Positions 8,302 through 16,831 are shown, counted from the stretch's first letter. The stretch: 31,918 nt of DNA from a virus (IMGVR_UViG_3300030095_005310:1-31918); one strand, 5' to 3'. Notes: generated by a model not told the origin, from the letters alone. Program-made: numbers and translations.

Positions 8302-8338
8302 AAGCCCGGCCGTTTCACCGCGTGCCGGGTTTCTTTTT
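8302..8338 (+). terminator. Rho-independent terminator after the capsid operon
   Basis: AAGCCCGGC...GCCGGGTTT followed by CTTTTT. Confidence 0.75.
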
Positions 8339-8343
8339 AAAAC

Positions 8344-8646
8344 GTGAGCGAATACACAGACGACATTGCCGAGATGATTGCCGATTGGCCCGTAAGCTAC
8401 ACAATTGGCGCGGTTACTTATACCGGAACGGTCGCAACCATTGACCAAGGCAACGATTTAACCGAGGGCGGATTTCTTGACGACGTTGACGCCGTTTTGA
8501 TCGGCAAAAAACAAGATCACTCGACGTTGCCGGCTATTGGCACGCAAATCAGTATTGGCACAACCCAATATCGAATCAATCGCATTACCACAACCCCGGC
8601 CGATGCCGCTGAAGTGCGGTTTGGTCTTCAACACGCGACACAATGA
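8344..8646 (+). CDS. Head-tail joining protein (FII-like)
   Basis: 100 aa, beta-rich, 'LPAIGTQISIGTTQYRI'; synteny. Confidence 0.7.
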   Translation: MSEYTDDIAEMIADWPVSYTIGAVTYTGTVATIDQGNDLTEGGFLDDVDAVLIGKKQDHSTLPAIGTQISIGTTQYRINRITTTPADAAEVRFGLQHATQ

Positions 8647-9068
8647 GCAATTATAATATGCTTGAGCAAAAGCTTGAAGAAGCGGCGCGACAAGTGTTGG
8701 CCGATGATTCCGGTTTTACAGTTACTCCATATTGTGGCGAAGACGATGAAAACCTTGGGTTGCCGCGTGCCGTTTGTATTGTCGAAAGTGCAACCGAGGA
8801 ACAACACGGCGCGGGCAATTACCGAGTAATGTTGACGGTTCGCCTCACAAGCAACGCCGACGACACAACGCCGGCCGCACACGCATCGAACGTCGAGAAA
8901 ATGCGCGACTTGTTTCTTGATGACGCAATTGCCGCAACATTAAGCGCAAACGATTCAGAATTTCACGTTTTGGGCATCTTTGAACGCTCAACATCAAAGG
9001 GCATCGAGGAACGCAACCGATTTGCCGAAGTATCCCTTGAGATGTTAGCTGCCCCGTCTAATCTTTAA
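8643..9068 (+). CDS. Probable tail terminator / neck protein
   Basis: 141 aa, acidic, 'LPRAVCIV'; synteny. Confidence 0.55.
   Translation: MSNYNMLEQKLEEAARQVLADDSGFTVTPYCGEDDENLGLPRAVCIVESATEEQHGAGNYRVMLTVRLTSNADDTTPAAHASNVEKMRDLFLDDAIAATLSANDSEFHVLGIFERSTSKGIEERNRFAEVSLEMLAAPSNL
9034..9064 (+). promoter_or_regulatory. Putative late promoter, copy 4, upstream of the fibre module
   Basis: CCCTTGAGATGT at 9034-9045; TAATCT at 9059-9064. Confidence 0.6.
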
Positions 9069-9087
9069 CCACGAAAAGGAATATAAA

Positions 9088-9396
9088 ATGGGACAACAAG
9101 CATTGAACCAAATCACCAAGACCGTATCAGCAACAGGAACGCCCGAAGCTTTGGGCTCGGGGGCCGTGCGGGCTCATTCGATCACATTTTTTGCGATGAA
9201 AGCGGCGCGAACAGACAATACCGGCCGCGTTTATATCCAAGTCGCAAGCGGTAACGATACTGCCGGCGCCCCGCTTGATCCGGGCGATTCGGTCACGTTC
9301 ACCGCAAACGGACAAGATGAGTATTTTTCTGATTCACAGTTTCATATCGATGTCGAAACGGCCGGCGACGGCGTTGTTGCTATTTACAACAAATGA
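9088..9396 (+). CDS. Small beta-rich virion protein
   Basis: AAAGGA RBS; 'NTGRVYI', 'LDPGDSVTF'. Confidence 0.6.
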   Translation: MGQQALNQITKTVSATGTPEALGSGAVRAHSITFFAMKAARTDNTGRVYIQVASGNDTAGAPLDPGDSVTFTANGQDEYFSDSQFHIDVETAGDGVVAIYNK

Positions 9397-11861
9397 TCAC
9401 GGTTAATCGCAATTCTGTTCGCGCAACAACGTCGCCAACAAGCGGCGGCACGCAAAGCGACGAACTTCAGGCCAAAATCAAGTCGGTCACAAGCAGCATC
9501 ACAGTCAGTGCAGTATTTTTATATGACACGCGCTCGATGGACTCTGACGGTGGCGCGTGGCGAAAGAAATGCGCGGGACTTTCTTGGTTCGACGAAGCCG
9601 CAAGTGCCACACGTTCTTCACGTTCAGAATTTCCGAGTGTCGCGCTCATAGTCAGCGACTCGGCTAGTGGCGTGACGATTTACGATTTGGACGACGTAAA
9701 TGCACCGGCGTGGATGGTGTTTAATGGACTGTCAAGTGACTACGCAACCAAGATGTTGTGGGCGAGTGGTAATGCTGCTGGTGGCGGTTTAGTCGCGTTA
9801 AACGGGCGAGTATTTCTTGGCCGTACTTGGGTTGATTTTGTAAGCGACGAGGGTGGCTATTATCACGCTTCGTATCTGAAAAAATACGGCGGTGGCATAG
9901 TCGACCGTCACGCTACTTCTGTAACATCTGAGGATACTTCGGGCGCAATTGCAAACAGCAACGTCAACGACGTAGCCGCTACAATCGTCAAGGGTTCTGA
10001 ACTAGGTGCGCTGGGTTTGCCAATTCCGACGGTGGCAGTTGCTACTGGCGGTGGCGTGTCGGTCATTCACCCGAATGGCAGCGTGAATAATATACAGTCT
10101 TCTAACGCGAGTTATCGAGTAAATGGAAAAATTCAAATTGACGGTAAATTTGTATATTTTCCCCTCGACAGCACAAGCACCAATGCGCGAACGCTTCAAT
10201 GTCATCCCATACCATACGCTGCTGTAAACCCTACACTCAGCGAAGATTTAGTTGCTGATAAGTACGCAACCGCCTCTACGTCTGGCATAGCAGCGATGCC
10301 AAGGTATTTAGGTAATAACACGCTGCAGCTTGCGAAATTTAATAGCGGATTTGCAGTTGGAACAACTGCTGGTCTATCAGTGTTTAAAGATAATGAAGGT
10401 AACCGAGCCGATGCGATGGTGTCACACCATACTTCTGGTTATTGCACCGGCTATATGCTCGGAGATATTCGGTTTGCTGGGCTCGCTGGTGAAGGCGGCG
10501 ATGGAAGGCAAGCTGACCGTTCAGTTAAAACAAACAACTTAACTGCTGTTCCGAACACTGCGGCAATTCACGAATCGTCCGTTGCGACTGATGCTGAACT
10601 AAAGGCGTACAGCAATTTTAGCGCAAGCAACTATTTAGCAAAGTCACACCACTCATCTCTTGATTTAGGTTCGTCTGGAACGGTGATGGCTTGGGTTAAG
10701 GTTGTTGCTCCTTCAGTAGGCACTTATCAATCGATAATAACTTACAACTCAACAACGCTTGGCCAAGGTTATCAGTTACTTTTAGACGAGAGTGAACGCG
10801 CTTATTTTTATGTTTACGGGGCAAGCGGAACTTACTCAAGCGGCGTATCAAGTGCTTTAACGAGTGGTGTTTGGCATCAAATTGTTGGGGTCAACACCGG
10901 CAGTCGTTTACAAGTTTATGTTAATGGGAAACTAGCGAACGATAGTGCAAACGTAACTGGCTCAATGGACAACGGATCAGCCAATTTAAATATTGGCATT
11001 TACCCAAATCAGTCATCGTTTCCGTTCTTGGGTTCTATTTCTCTCGCTAGGGTAAGTGCAACAGTTGCAACGCCTACGCAAGTAGCAGATATATATCGCG
11101 CAGAAGCACCGTTGTTCCGAGCGGGGGCGAAATGTCTGCTTCAGAGTGACCATCCGTCTTTGCCAAATACCGTTTTAGATTTAGCGCACGACAAGTCAAC
11201 TGACCTTTTAAGCGTGAGCCAATACGCTACAATAAGCGGCAATGGTATTTCACGTTTTCGCGGTCTTGAAATGGTAGACACGTTCCAAGGCGATGACTAC
11301 GGATGGGACGTTAACTCAACGAACTTGGTCGCGACGAGCGGCGGCGTTTCAGCGTATGGCAGAACAAGCGGAACCGGCGGCGTAATCGTAGACATTCCTC
11401 CCGTGGATGTGCGCGGAGACATTAACACCGCCGACACCAAGCTACCAGATGACGGGAAGTTTCATTTCAGCGGCGTTACTACGGATGCGACTCCGACTGT
11501 TGTTGCGAACATTCCGATTTCAGAAAACGAACGTTACAAAGTGTCATTAGTTGCAAGCGGAGAAACTTGGCCACCACAGGCCGGTCATTGGATAGATGTC
11601 ACGATGGAGGAAACATTTTTTCGCAAAGTCGGCGATAATGTTGTGGCTAGGGGTGAAGCATCCAAACTGACGAATGAATCACTTGCGTCAATGGACATTG
11701 ACCTAGTGACAACAACTGGAGGTTCAGATTCGCCAGCTAGTGTAACAGCCGCAGCTAATCACATAATGGTTAAAGTGACCGGTGTTGCTTCAACGAGAGT
11801 AGCGTGGAACGCAACCGTTGAAGTGCAGCGAGTTGCTTCGGAAAAACAATACGAACGATAG
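9393..11861 (+). CDS. Fibre / receptor-binding protein with a LamG (concanavalin A-like) domain
   Basis: 'TVMAWVK', 'GVWHQIVGV', 'LQVYVNGKL', 'LNIG' LamG pattern; S/T/G-rich. Confidence 0.8.
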   Translation: MITVNRNSVRATTSPTSGGTQSDELQAKIKSVTSSITVSAVFLYDTRSMDSDGGAWRKKCAGLSWFDEAASATRSSRSEFPSVALIVSDSASGVTIYDLDDVNAPAWMVFNGLSSDYATKMLWASGNAAGGGLVALNGRVFLGRTWVDFVSDEGGYYHASYLKKYGGGIVDRHATSVTSEDTSGAIANSNVNDVAATIVKGSELGALGLPIPTVAVATGGGVSVIHPNGSVNNIQSSNASYRVNGKIQIDGKFVYFPLDSTSTNARTLQCHPIPYAAVNPTLSEDLVADKYATASTSGIAAMPRYLGNNTLQLAKFNSGFAVGTTAGLSVFKDNEGNRADAMVSHHTSGYCTGYMLGDIRFAGLAGEGGDGRQADRSVKTNNLTAVPNTAAIHESSVATDAELKAYSNFSASNYLAKSHHSSLDLGSSGTVMAWVKVVAPSVGTYQSIITYNSTTLGQGYQLLLDESERAYFYVYGASGTYSSGVSSALTSGVWHQIVGVNTGSRLQVYVNGKLANDSANVTGSMDNGSANLNIGIYPNQSSFPFLGSISLARVSATVATPTQVADIYRAEAPLFRAGAKCLLQSDHPSLPNTVLDLAHDKSTDLLSVSQYATISGNGISRFRGLEMVDTFQGDDYGWDVNSTNLVATSGGVSAYGRTSGTGGVIVDIPPVDVRGDINTADTKLPDDGKFHFSGVTTDATPTVVANIPISENERYKVSLVASGETWPPQAGHWIDVTMEETFFRKVGDNVVARGEASKLTNESLASMDIDLVTTTGGSDSPASVTAAANHIMVKVTGVASTRVAWNATVEVQRVASEKQYER

Positions 11862-11869
11862 GATTTAAA

Positions 11870-12529
11870 ATGGCATCAGAATTAGAAGTTGGGAAAGTAA
11901 AGGTAGGCACAAGCACATCGACTGATACGATTACTGGGTTCAATGACTCACAAGCCGCTATCGTCGGAGGTGATAATGTCGGATTAGCGTTGCAATCAAC
12001 AAACTCAAACAAGTCTGCACGGGTTAGATTTTTTGACCACAGCGGCAACCAAGACGCAACGGTTGGGTTTGATAACTCAAACAGCAATTTATTTATGGGA
12101 ACTGGGACTGCTGCTCATCTCACCATAGACAGCACCGGCTTGACCACATTTTCAAATGGCATAGTCACATCCGAAAAAGGCGTAATGTCTGGAACTGTCA
12201 CAATTGCCGATGATGCTGTGACAACGATAACGCCAGCGAGAAAAGGCGGGTTCATTAGCTTAGTGTTTGATTCAGCTACAGAGGTAGCTGGTCAGTATCC
12301 AAATCATACATTAAGTGGGGTAGTGTTCTTTGACTGTGGATCAAGTCTGAATATTTTTAAGTCAACTGCTTACACTGGGATGAGTGCAAGCTTAGATGTC
12401 AGCACAAGTAATGTTACTGGGACAACCGGCACTGATGGTAATGTAACAGTAGCTGTGCAAGCAGATGTTGTGAAAGTTGAAAACAGAGGTGGTGCAACTT
12501 ATCGATTAAACTACACAATAATTTGTTAA
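11870..12529 (+). CDS. Tail-fibre-like protein
   Basis: 'LFMGTGTAAHLTIDSTG' fibre-type segment; T/G/S-rich. Confidence 0.6.
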   Translation: MASELEVGKVKVGTSTSTDTITGFNDSQAAIVGGDNVGLALQSTNSNKSARVRFFDHSGNQDATVGFDNSNSNLFMGTGTAAHLTIDSTGLTTFSNGIVTSEKGVMSGTVTIADDAVTTITPARKGGFISLVFDSATEVAGQYPNHTLSGVVFFDCGSSLNIFKSTAYTGMSASLDVSTSNVTGTTGTDGNVTVAVQADVVKVENRGGATYRLNYTIIC

Positions 12530-12532
12530 AAA

Positions 12533-12739
12533 ATGAAAGCAATCCCACATCCAAAACTAGAAAATCATTGGCTCGTTAACGAGACGCAAACGGTTCAGCA
12601 AACGACAACCGATGACGAAGGCAACGAAGTCACGACCGACGTTGAGGTTGTGACAGCGCAGCACTTGGTTGCTTGTAAAGCCGATGACTCAAGCGCGGAG
12701 CGAGCGATTGCAATAGTATCAGCGGAGGGCGGCGAATGA
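12533..12739 (+). CDS. Small acidic protein, fibre-associated
   Basis: 'TTTDDEGNEVTT' motif; operon position. Confidence 0.6.
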   Translation: MKAIPHPKLENHWLVNETQTVQQTTTDDEGNEVTTDVEVVTAQHLVACKADDSSAERAIAIVSAEGGE

Positions 12740-13290
12740 TTAGAAGCACCGACATCCAACCCGACATATACAAGTCGGGCGCATACTTACGCCGGTGGTC
12801 AGTCAGCGAGAACGGTCAAGCGGTATGCGTGGAAGATGCGTACCCGATAGCTGATACAGAACAAGCAACGCTTGACGCGCAGAGTGACCGCAATGGCAAA
12901 ATCAAAGGTGCGCTCGCAGACGTTGAATTGTTGGAGAAGGCGCGACTTGTGCCAGAGCCAGAGGGAGACATCCCCAAAACCGTCACCGAAACTGATATTA
13001 ACGGCAACGAGACGGAGCGACCTTATCAACCTTGGGCCGCATACGATGCCGCACAAGCTACGATTGCGGGTGCGACTGATTTGATGAATAACTTTGAAAC
13101 GGTTCGCAAAGGCAAGCCGAGCGAGACGTTGCCGGTGATGAAAACCGTTGAGGAAACCGTGACGGACGAGGAAGGCAATGAAACGACGCGCTCTGTTGAG
13201 GTTGTTGACGATGATGCCGAGCCGACTGCCAACCCTGCTTTTACTGAATGGCAAACGGCGTGGACGCCGGTTAACGAGGCTTTGAACTAA
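12736..13290 (+). CDS. Acidic protein, possible fibre assembly chaperone
   Basis: Two TDxxGNE motifs; ATGA-coupled. Confidence 0.6.
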   Translation: MIRSTDIQPDIYKSGAYLRRWSVSENGQAVCVEDAYPIADTEQATLDAQSDRNGKIKGALADVELLEKARLVPEPEGDIPKTVTETDINGNETERPYQPWAAYDAAQATIAGATDLMNNFETVRKGKPSETLPVMKTVEETVTDEEGNETTRSVEVVDDDAEPTANPAFTEWQTAWTPVNEALN

Positions 13291-13301
13291 AAGGCCGATG
13301 C

Positions 13302-13607
13302 GTGGGAACCGACACAATCAATTTAATCCAAACGCTTGGGTTTCCGGTTGTATCGGCAGCGGCAGTCGGTTGGTTTGGCTATCGTGTGGTTTTTTATGTC
13401 TTGCGGGATATGTCGGCAGAAATAAAAAACCAATATGAAATCACAATTAAGCTGATCGACGCGACGAATAATGTGCGGAAAGAGATTTGCAACGTTGAAA
13501 AAAGACTCGCCGAGATTCGCGAGCAACACCGCAATTTTCAGCATTTGCTTGATAGCGATGGGAGTCGGCCAAGGGTGCATAAATCTACGGGGAATAAAAG
13601 AAGTTGA
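13302..13607 (+). CDS. Membrane protein with one TM helix and a coiled coil (holin- or i-spanin-like)
   Basis: 'IQTLGFPVVSAAAVGWFGYRVVFYVL' followed by a heptad-like region. Confidence 0.6.
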   Translation: MGTDTINLIQTLGFPVVSAAAVGWFGYRVVFYVLRDMSAEIKNQYEITIKLIDATNNVRKEICNVEKRLAEIREQHRNFQHLLDSDGSRPRVHKSTGNKRS

Positions 13608-13716
13608 TTTAAGTTTTGGAGGATTAGAGGCGGAATGGTATCCGCCCGAAAAAATCCCTGTCAAAGTTGAAAAAACCAAGTTTCCGCTTTTGATGGAAAT
13701 GAACAAAAAAAATTGA
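13471..13716 (+). CDS. Putative overlapping lipoprotein (o-spanin-like)
   Basis: +1 frame overlap; basic N-terminus, hydrophobic stretch, 'VGQGC' (Cys36); fills the gap to the next gene. Confidence 0.5.
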   Translation: MCGKRFATLKKDSPRFASNTAIFSICLIAMGVGQGCINLRGIKEVDLSFGGLEAEWYPPEKIPVKVEKTKFPLLMEMNKKN

Positions 13717-13991
13717 TGTTTTCGGTAAAACTAAAAGCGACAGACGAAAAGCCGGCGGCGCGAGTCGATGTGGAAGTTGGCGACGCTATTGAATTTGGCA
13801 TGACGTTTACCTTGAGGGTTTTTGAAGCTGAAAACCTTGGCACCGGGCTTGATCGTTGGGAGGAAAAAACCAACGAAATGCAAGTGATGACGGTTGATGG
13901 CGATGCGTGGGATGCGTGGCAAGATCAGAATGATTATGAATATATTGGCGGGCTCGCCGCGGCTAAACTAGGGCGCGAAATTGATGAATGA
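13713..13991 (+). CDS. Acidic hypothetical protein
   Basis: 92 aa; coupled on both sides. Confidence 0.6.
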   Translation: MMFSVKLKATDEKPAARVDVEVGDAIEFGMTFTLRVFEAENLGTGLDRWEEKTNEMQVMTVDGDAWDAWQDQNDYEYIGGLAAAKLGREIDE

Positions 13992-14151
13992 AATCGTTGA
14001 CATGGCAAAGGCAGCGGGCGCCGGCACAAGCGGAGTCGGCATTTGGTATATTAACGAAATCAGCGCATTCGTTCAGCTTGGCGTTTCGGTTGCCTGTTTA
14101 ATTTATCTCGTTTTGAAATCAATTTTTTTAATTAAAAACAAAGGAAAATGA
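13984..14151 (+). CDS. Small membrane protein, holin-like (absent from the ORF track)
   Basis: MNEIVDMAKAAGAGTSGVGIWYINEISAFVQLGVSVACLIYLVLKSIFLIKNKGK, 55 aa. Confidence 0.7.
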   Translation: MNEIVDMAKAAGAGTSGVGIWYINEISAFVQLGVSVACLIYLVLKSIFLIKNKGK

Positions 14152-14324
14152 TTAAGTCAAAAACTGTACTTGGGGCCGTTGCGGCAATTTTATCAGCGGC
14201 GGGCGCATATTTAGGCGGTGAGCTTGAACTTGGTGCCGCTTTAAATATCGGCGTCACAAGCATCTTGGCGATTTTCTTGCGTCACGGCGTCAAGAAAACC
14301 GAAGACGCTGCCAAGGGTGCTTAA
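14148..14324 (+). CDS. Two-TM holin-like protein (absent from the ORF track)
   Basis: MIKSKTVLGAVAAILSAAGAYLGGELELGAALNIGVTSILAIFLRHGVKKTEDAAKGA, 58 aa; coupled at both ends. Confidence 0.75.
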   Translation: MIKSKTVLGAVAAILSAAGAYLGGELELGAALNIGVTSILAIFLRHGVKKTEDAAKGA

Positions 14325-14584
14325 TGCTTGAGGCAATTCTTGCAATTGTCGCGGCGTTAATCGGCGTTTGGTCAAAGAAGAAAATCAACGCGCTGGAAGA
14401 TGAAAAACGCGAATACAAAGAGGCGCTTCACGAAATTGATTTGGCCATTTCGACAGGCAACGAAGATCGCGTCAATCGCCGGCTTGATTCTGTTTTGCGC
14501 CGGTTGTCAGTCGCCGAAAATAGTGGTGATTCCGGCCGACAAGAAGATGACCCGAATGGAACCGGGCCAGACTTACGCCTTTGA
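14324..14584 (+). CDS. i-spanin (Rz-like)
   Basis: N-terminal TM 'MLEAILAIVAALIGVW' plus a charged helical domain. Confidence 0.65.
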   Translation: MLEAILAIVAALIGVWSKKKINALEDEKREYKEALHEIDLAISTGNEDRVNRRLDSVLRRLSVAENSGDSGRQEDDPNGTGPDLRL

Positions 14585-14660
14585 AATTCCGGGCTATCAT
14601 GTGCCCGATGCGCGTATGCAAGAAATCTTGCAGCAACTTGAAGCCAAGGCCGCGGAATGA
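14400..14660 (+). CDS. o-spanin (Rz1-like lipoprotein)
   Basis: +1 frame overlap; 'IASIAGLILFCAGC' lipobox-like (Cys36); stop coupled to the next ATG. Confidence 0.65.
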   Translation: MKNANTKRRFTKLIWPFRQATKIASIAGLILFCAGCQSPKIVVIPADKKMTRMEPGQTYAFEIPGYHVPDARMQEILQQLEAKAAE

Positions 14661-15262
14661 AAATGGAACTTGATACAAGCGAGTTTCAAAAGGCGCTTTT
14701 AAAATACATTCCCACAACAAAAAAAGATTTGCCCGAGATCGTAAACAAAAGGGCAATCAATGTTGCGTTCAAGGCGATTCGTTTCACGCCCAAAGCCAAC
14801 GCGGCAAAAATTCGCCGTGCAATGCGCTTAAAAACAAGACTCAACGCCCCATTGGCTTCGTTGATATTAAACAAGCTACAAGGCAAGTACGGCCGCAAAG
14901 GCTATTATGGCGCCGAAATGCGTGCCGAGGTTGAAGAATTCATTAAGGGCAAAGTTCGTGGCATTGGTTATTTGAAATCTGGTTGGCTTGCTTCTGCTCA
15001 ACAAATGGCCCGCTTGGCCGGCATGAAGGTCGGCAGATCGAGGGCAACAAAAGTTTTTGGCAAAGGCAAACACGGCCAAGCTAAGCACGCCAAGCCCGGT
15101 TGGACGCCAAGTGCCACAATCATTAACTTGGCTGAAGGAATTGCCGACGTTGGCAAGCCGGCCTTGCAAAAGGCGATAAACGCCGAAGCCCGCGAAATAA
15201 TGCGGCACGTCGAGCGGAAGTTAAAAGGCACCGCACGAAAGCAGGGCATTCGCACGCGATAA
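14657..15262 (+). CDS. Basic tail-completion protein (HK97 gp10 / lambda Z-like)
   Basis: Highly basic; 'MELDTSEFQKAL', 'GYLKSGW'; precedes the tail tube genes. Confidence 0.55.
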   Translation: MKMELDTSEFQKALLKYIPTTKKDLPEIVNKRAINVAFKAIRFTPKANAAKIRRAMRLKTRLNAPLASLILNKLQGKYGRKGYYGAEMRAEVEEFIKGKVRGIGYLKSGWLASAQQMARLAGMKVGRSRATKVFGKGKHGQAKHAKPGWTPSATIINLAEGIADVGKPALQKAINAEAREIMRHVERKLKGTARKQGIRTR

Positions 15263-15266
15263 GTTT

Positions 15267-15296
15267 CCCTTGAGATGTTGCCAAAATCAATAAACT
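15267..15296 (+). promoter_or_regulatory. Putative late promoter, copy 5, upstream of the tail tube genes
   Basis: CCCTTGAGATGT at 15267-15278; TAAACT at 15291-15296; 6 nt separate it from the ATG at 15303. Confidence 0.7.
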
Positions 15297-15302
15297 GGAT
15301 GG

Positions 15303-15734
15303 ATGGCGACGCAAAAAGGCAAAGGCGTAGTTTTTGGCGTAACAAGCACCGGGTTTGCGTTTGGTGCAACCGCGTCAGGGGCATCAGCTTTAGGCATTGA
15401 GCCCAATTCTCAAACGATACGGCAAGAGGCAGAAATCACACGGTTTAAAGATGCCGACGGCGATGACGTTGGGGCCGTTGTATATAACCAAACAAAACGG
15501 CTTACTTTAAACGCATACCCAAGCGGCACAACATTGGCCGCGGCGAACACGGCAAACAATTTACCAACCCCCGGCCAAGCTTGTGTAATTACTGACGGAA
15601 CTGACACAGAGGCCGCGGGTAATTGGATGGTTGAAAGTTGCGAAAAAGCAAAGAGCAACACAGAAATCACAACATTCACGCTTGAGCTTGTTAATGCTGC
15701 AACTGGTAGCGGATACCATGACGACGCATCATAA
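15303..15734 (+). CDS. Probable tail tube protein, paralog A
   Basis: 143 aa, beta-rich; precedes the chaperone and tape measure. Confidence 0.7.
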   Translation: MATQKGKGVVFGVTSTGFAFGATASGASALGIEPNSQTIRQEAEITRFKDADGDDVGAVVYNQTKRLTLNAYPSGTTLAAANTANNLPTPGQACVITDGTDTEAAGNWMVESCEKAKSNTEITTFTLELVNAATGSGYHDDAS

Positions 15735-15747
15735 AAAAGGTTAACAA

Positions 15748-16224
15748 GTGGCAACCATTAAAGGCAAAGGCGTCGTTTTTGGAATAACGACAAGCGGATT
15801 TAAATTCACCGCGATTGGCCAAAGTGAAGACCGGGCGCTTTCAGTAAATCAAACCGCGCAAACTTTGCGCCTTGAAGCTGAAATAAATAAATACAAAGAC
15901 GCTGACGGCGACGATGTTGGTGCGGTTGTTTACAATCAAACCAAGCGATTGACGCTTGAGTGTTACCCTGTCGCAAGTGATGGCGCGATTGATACCGGAT
16001 CGGGAACCGGCACCGTCACAAGTGCCGCGGCTAATGACCTTCCGCAACCCGGTGAAAAATGTGTGATAACTGAACCCGGTTCCGGTGGTGATACCGAAAT
16101 TGCTGGAAACTACATGGTCGAAAATTGTGAAAAATCCAAATCAAACACCGAGATCGCAACATTTACGCTTGAGTTGACCAATTCAGCCACAAATGATTAT
16201 TCCGCCGACACGCCAGCAAGTTAA
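15748..16224 (+). CDS. Probable tail tube protein, paralog B
   Basis: GTG start; full-length similarity to paralog A. Confidence 0.7.
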   Translation: MATIKGKGVVFGITTSGFKFTAIGQSEDRALSVNQTAQTLRLEAEINKYKDADGDDVGAVVYNQTKRLTLECYPVASDGAIDTGSGTGTVTSAAANDLPQPGEKCVITEPGSGGDTEIAGNYMVENCEKSKSNTEIATFTLELTNSATNDYSADTPAS

Positions 16225-16227
16225 ATC

Positions 16228-16830
16228 ATGCCCCCAAGCGACCATGTCTCGGCAATTTTCCCGGCGCCGTTTGTTGTACTAGGTCAAAAATTAAAGCCGT
16301 TGACCTTGGGCCATTTGTTTTGGCTCGATCAACTTGATTGCAAAGTTGTTACAAATCTAAACGACTTGATTTGTGCAATTTTGGTTTGCTCTGATGATTG
16401 GCAAAAGTTTGAACGCACGGCGTCAAGCTTGTCGCTTCGATTGCGATTGAGAGTGTGGCAATGGCGATTGTCTTGGCGTTGGCGCAAGGACAAGGCCGGG
16501 CCATTAAATGCAATTAATTTGTTTAATAAATATTTAGAGGAAGCTTGCACGCCTCCCGATGTTTTTACCAAAGGCGACAACAAAGGATCAATCGGCACGC
16601 CTTGGCTTTACCATTTAAAAACCGTTTTGCAGTCAAAGCTTGGTTATTCACGAAATGAAGCTTTGAGCCTAAAAATGCGAGAAGCCGTTTTTGATTATTA
16701 CTCGCAAGCCGAGTTAAACGGCACAATCCAACTTGTTTCGGAGTTTGATCGAGAAATGCAAAACTTGGCAAACGAAAATCACGAAAGGCTTGATAAACTA
16801 GCCCGAGAAACTTTCCCGAATTTAAATTGA
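16228..16830 (+). CDS. Probable tail assembly chaperone
   Basis: Between tube and tape measure; 'LKPLTLGH', 'LGYSRNEALSL'. Confidence 0.6.
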   Translation: MPPSDHVSAIFPAPFVVLGQKLKPLTLGHLFWLDQLDCKVVTNLNDLICAILVCSDDWQKFERTASSLSLRLRLRVWQWRLSWRWRKDKAGPLNAINLFNKYLEEACTPPDVFTKGDNKGSIGTPWLYHLKTVLQSKLGYSRNEALSLKMREAVFDYYSQAELNGTIQLVSEFDREMQNLANENHERLDKLARETFPNLN

Positions 16831-16831
16831 T

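Noticed and set aside
16228-16830. Lambda G/GT-type programmed frameshift
   Set aside because: A single ORF fills the whole gap between tube and tape measure; there is no second frame to shift into
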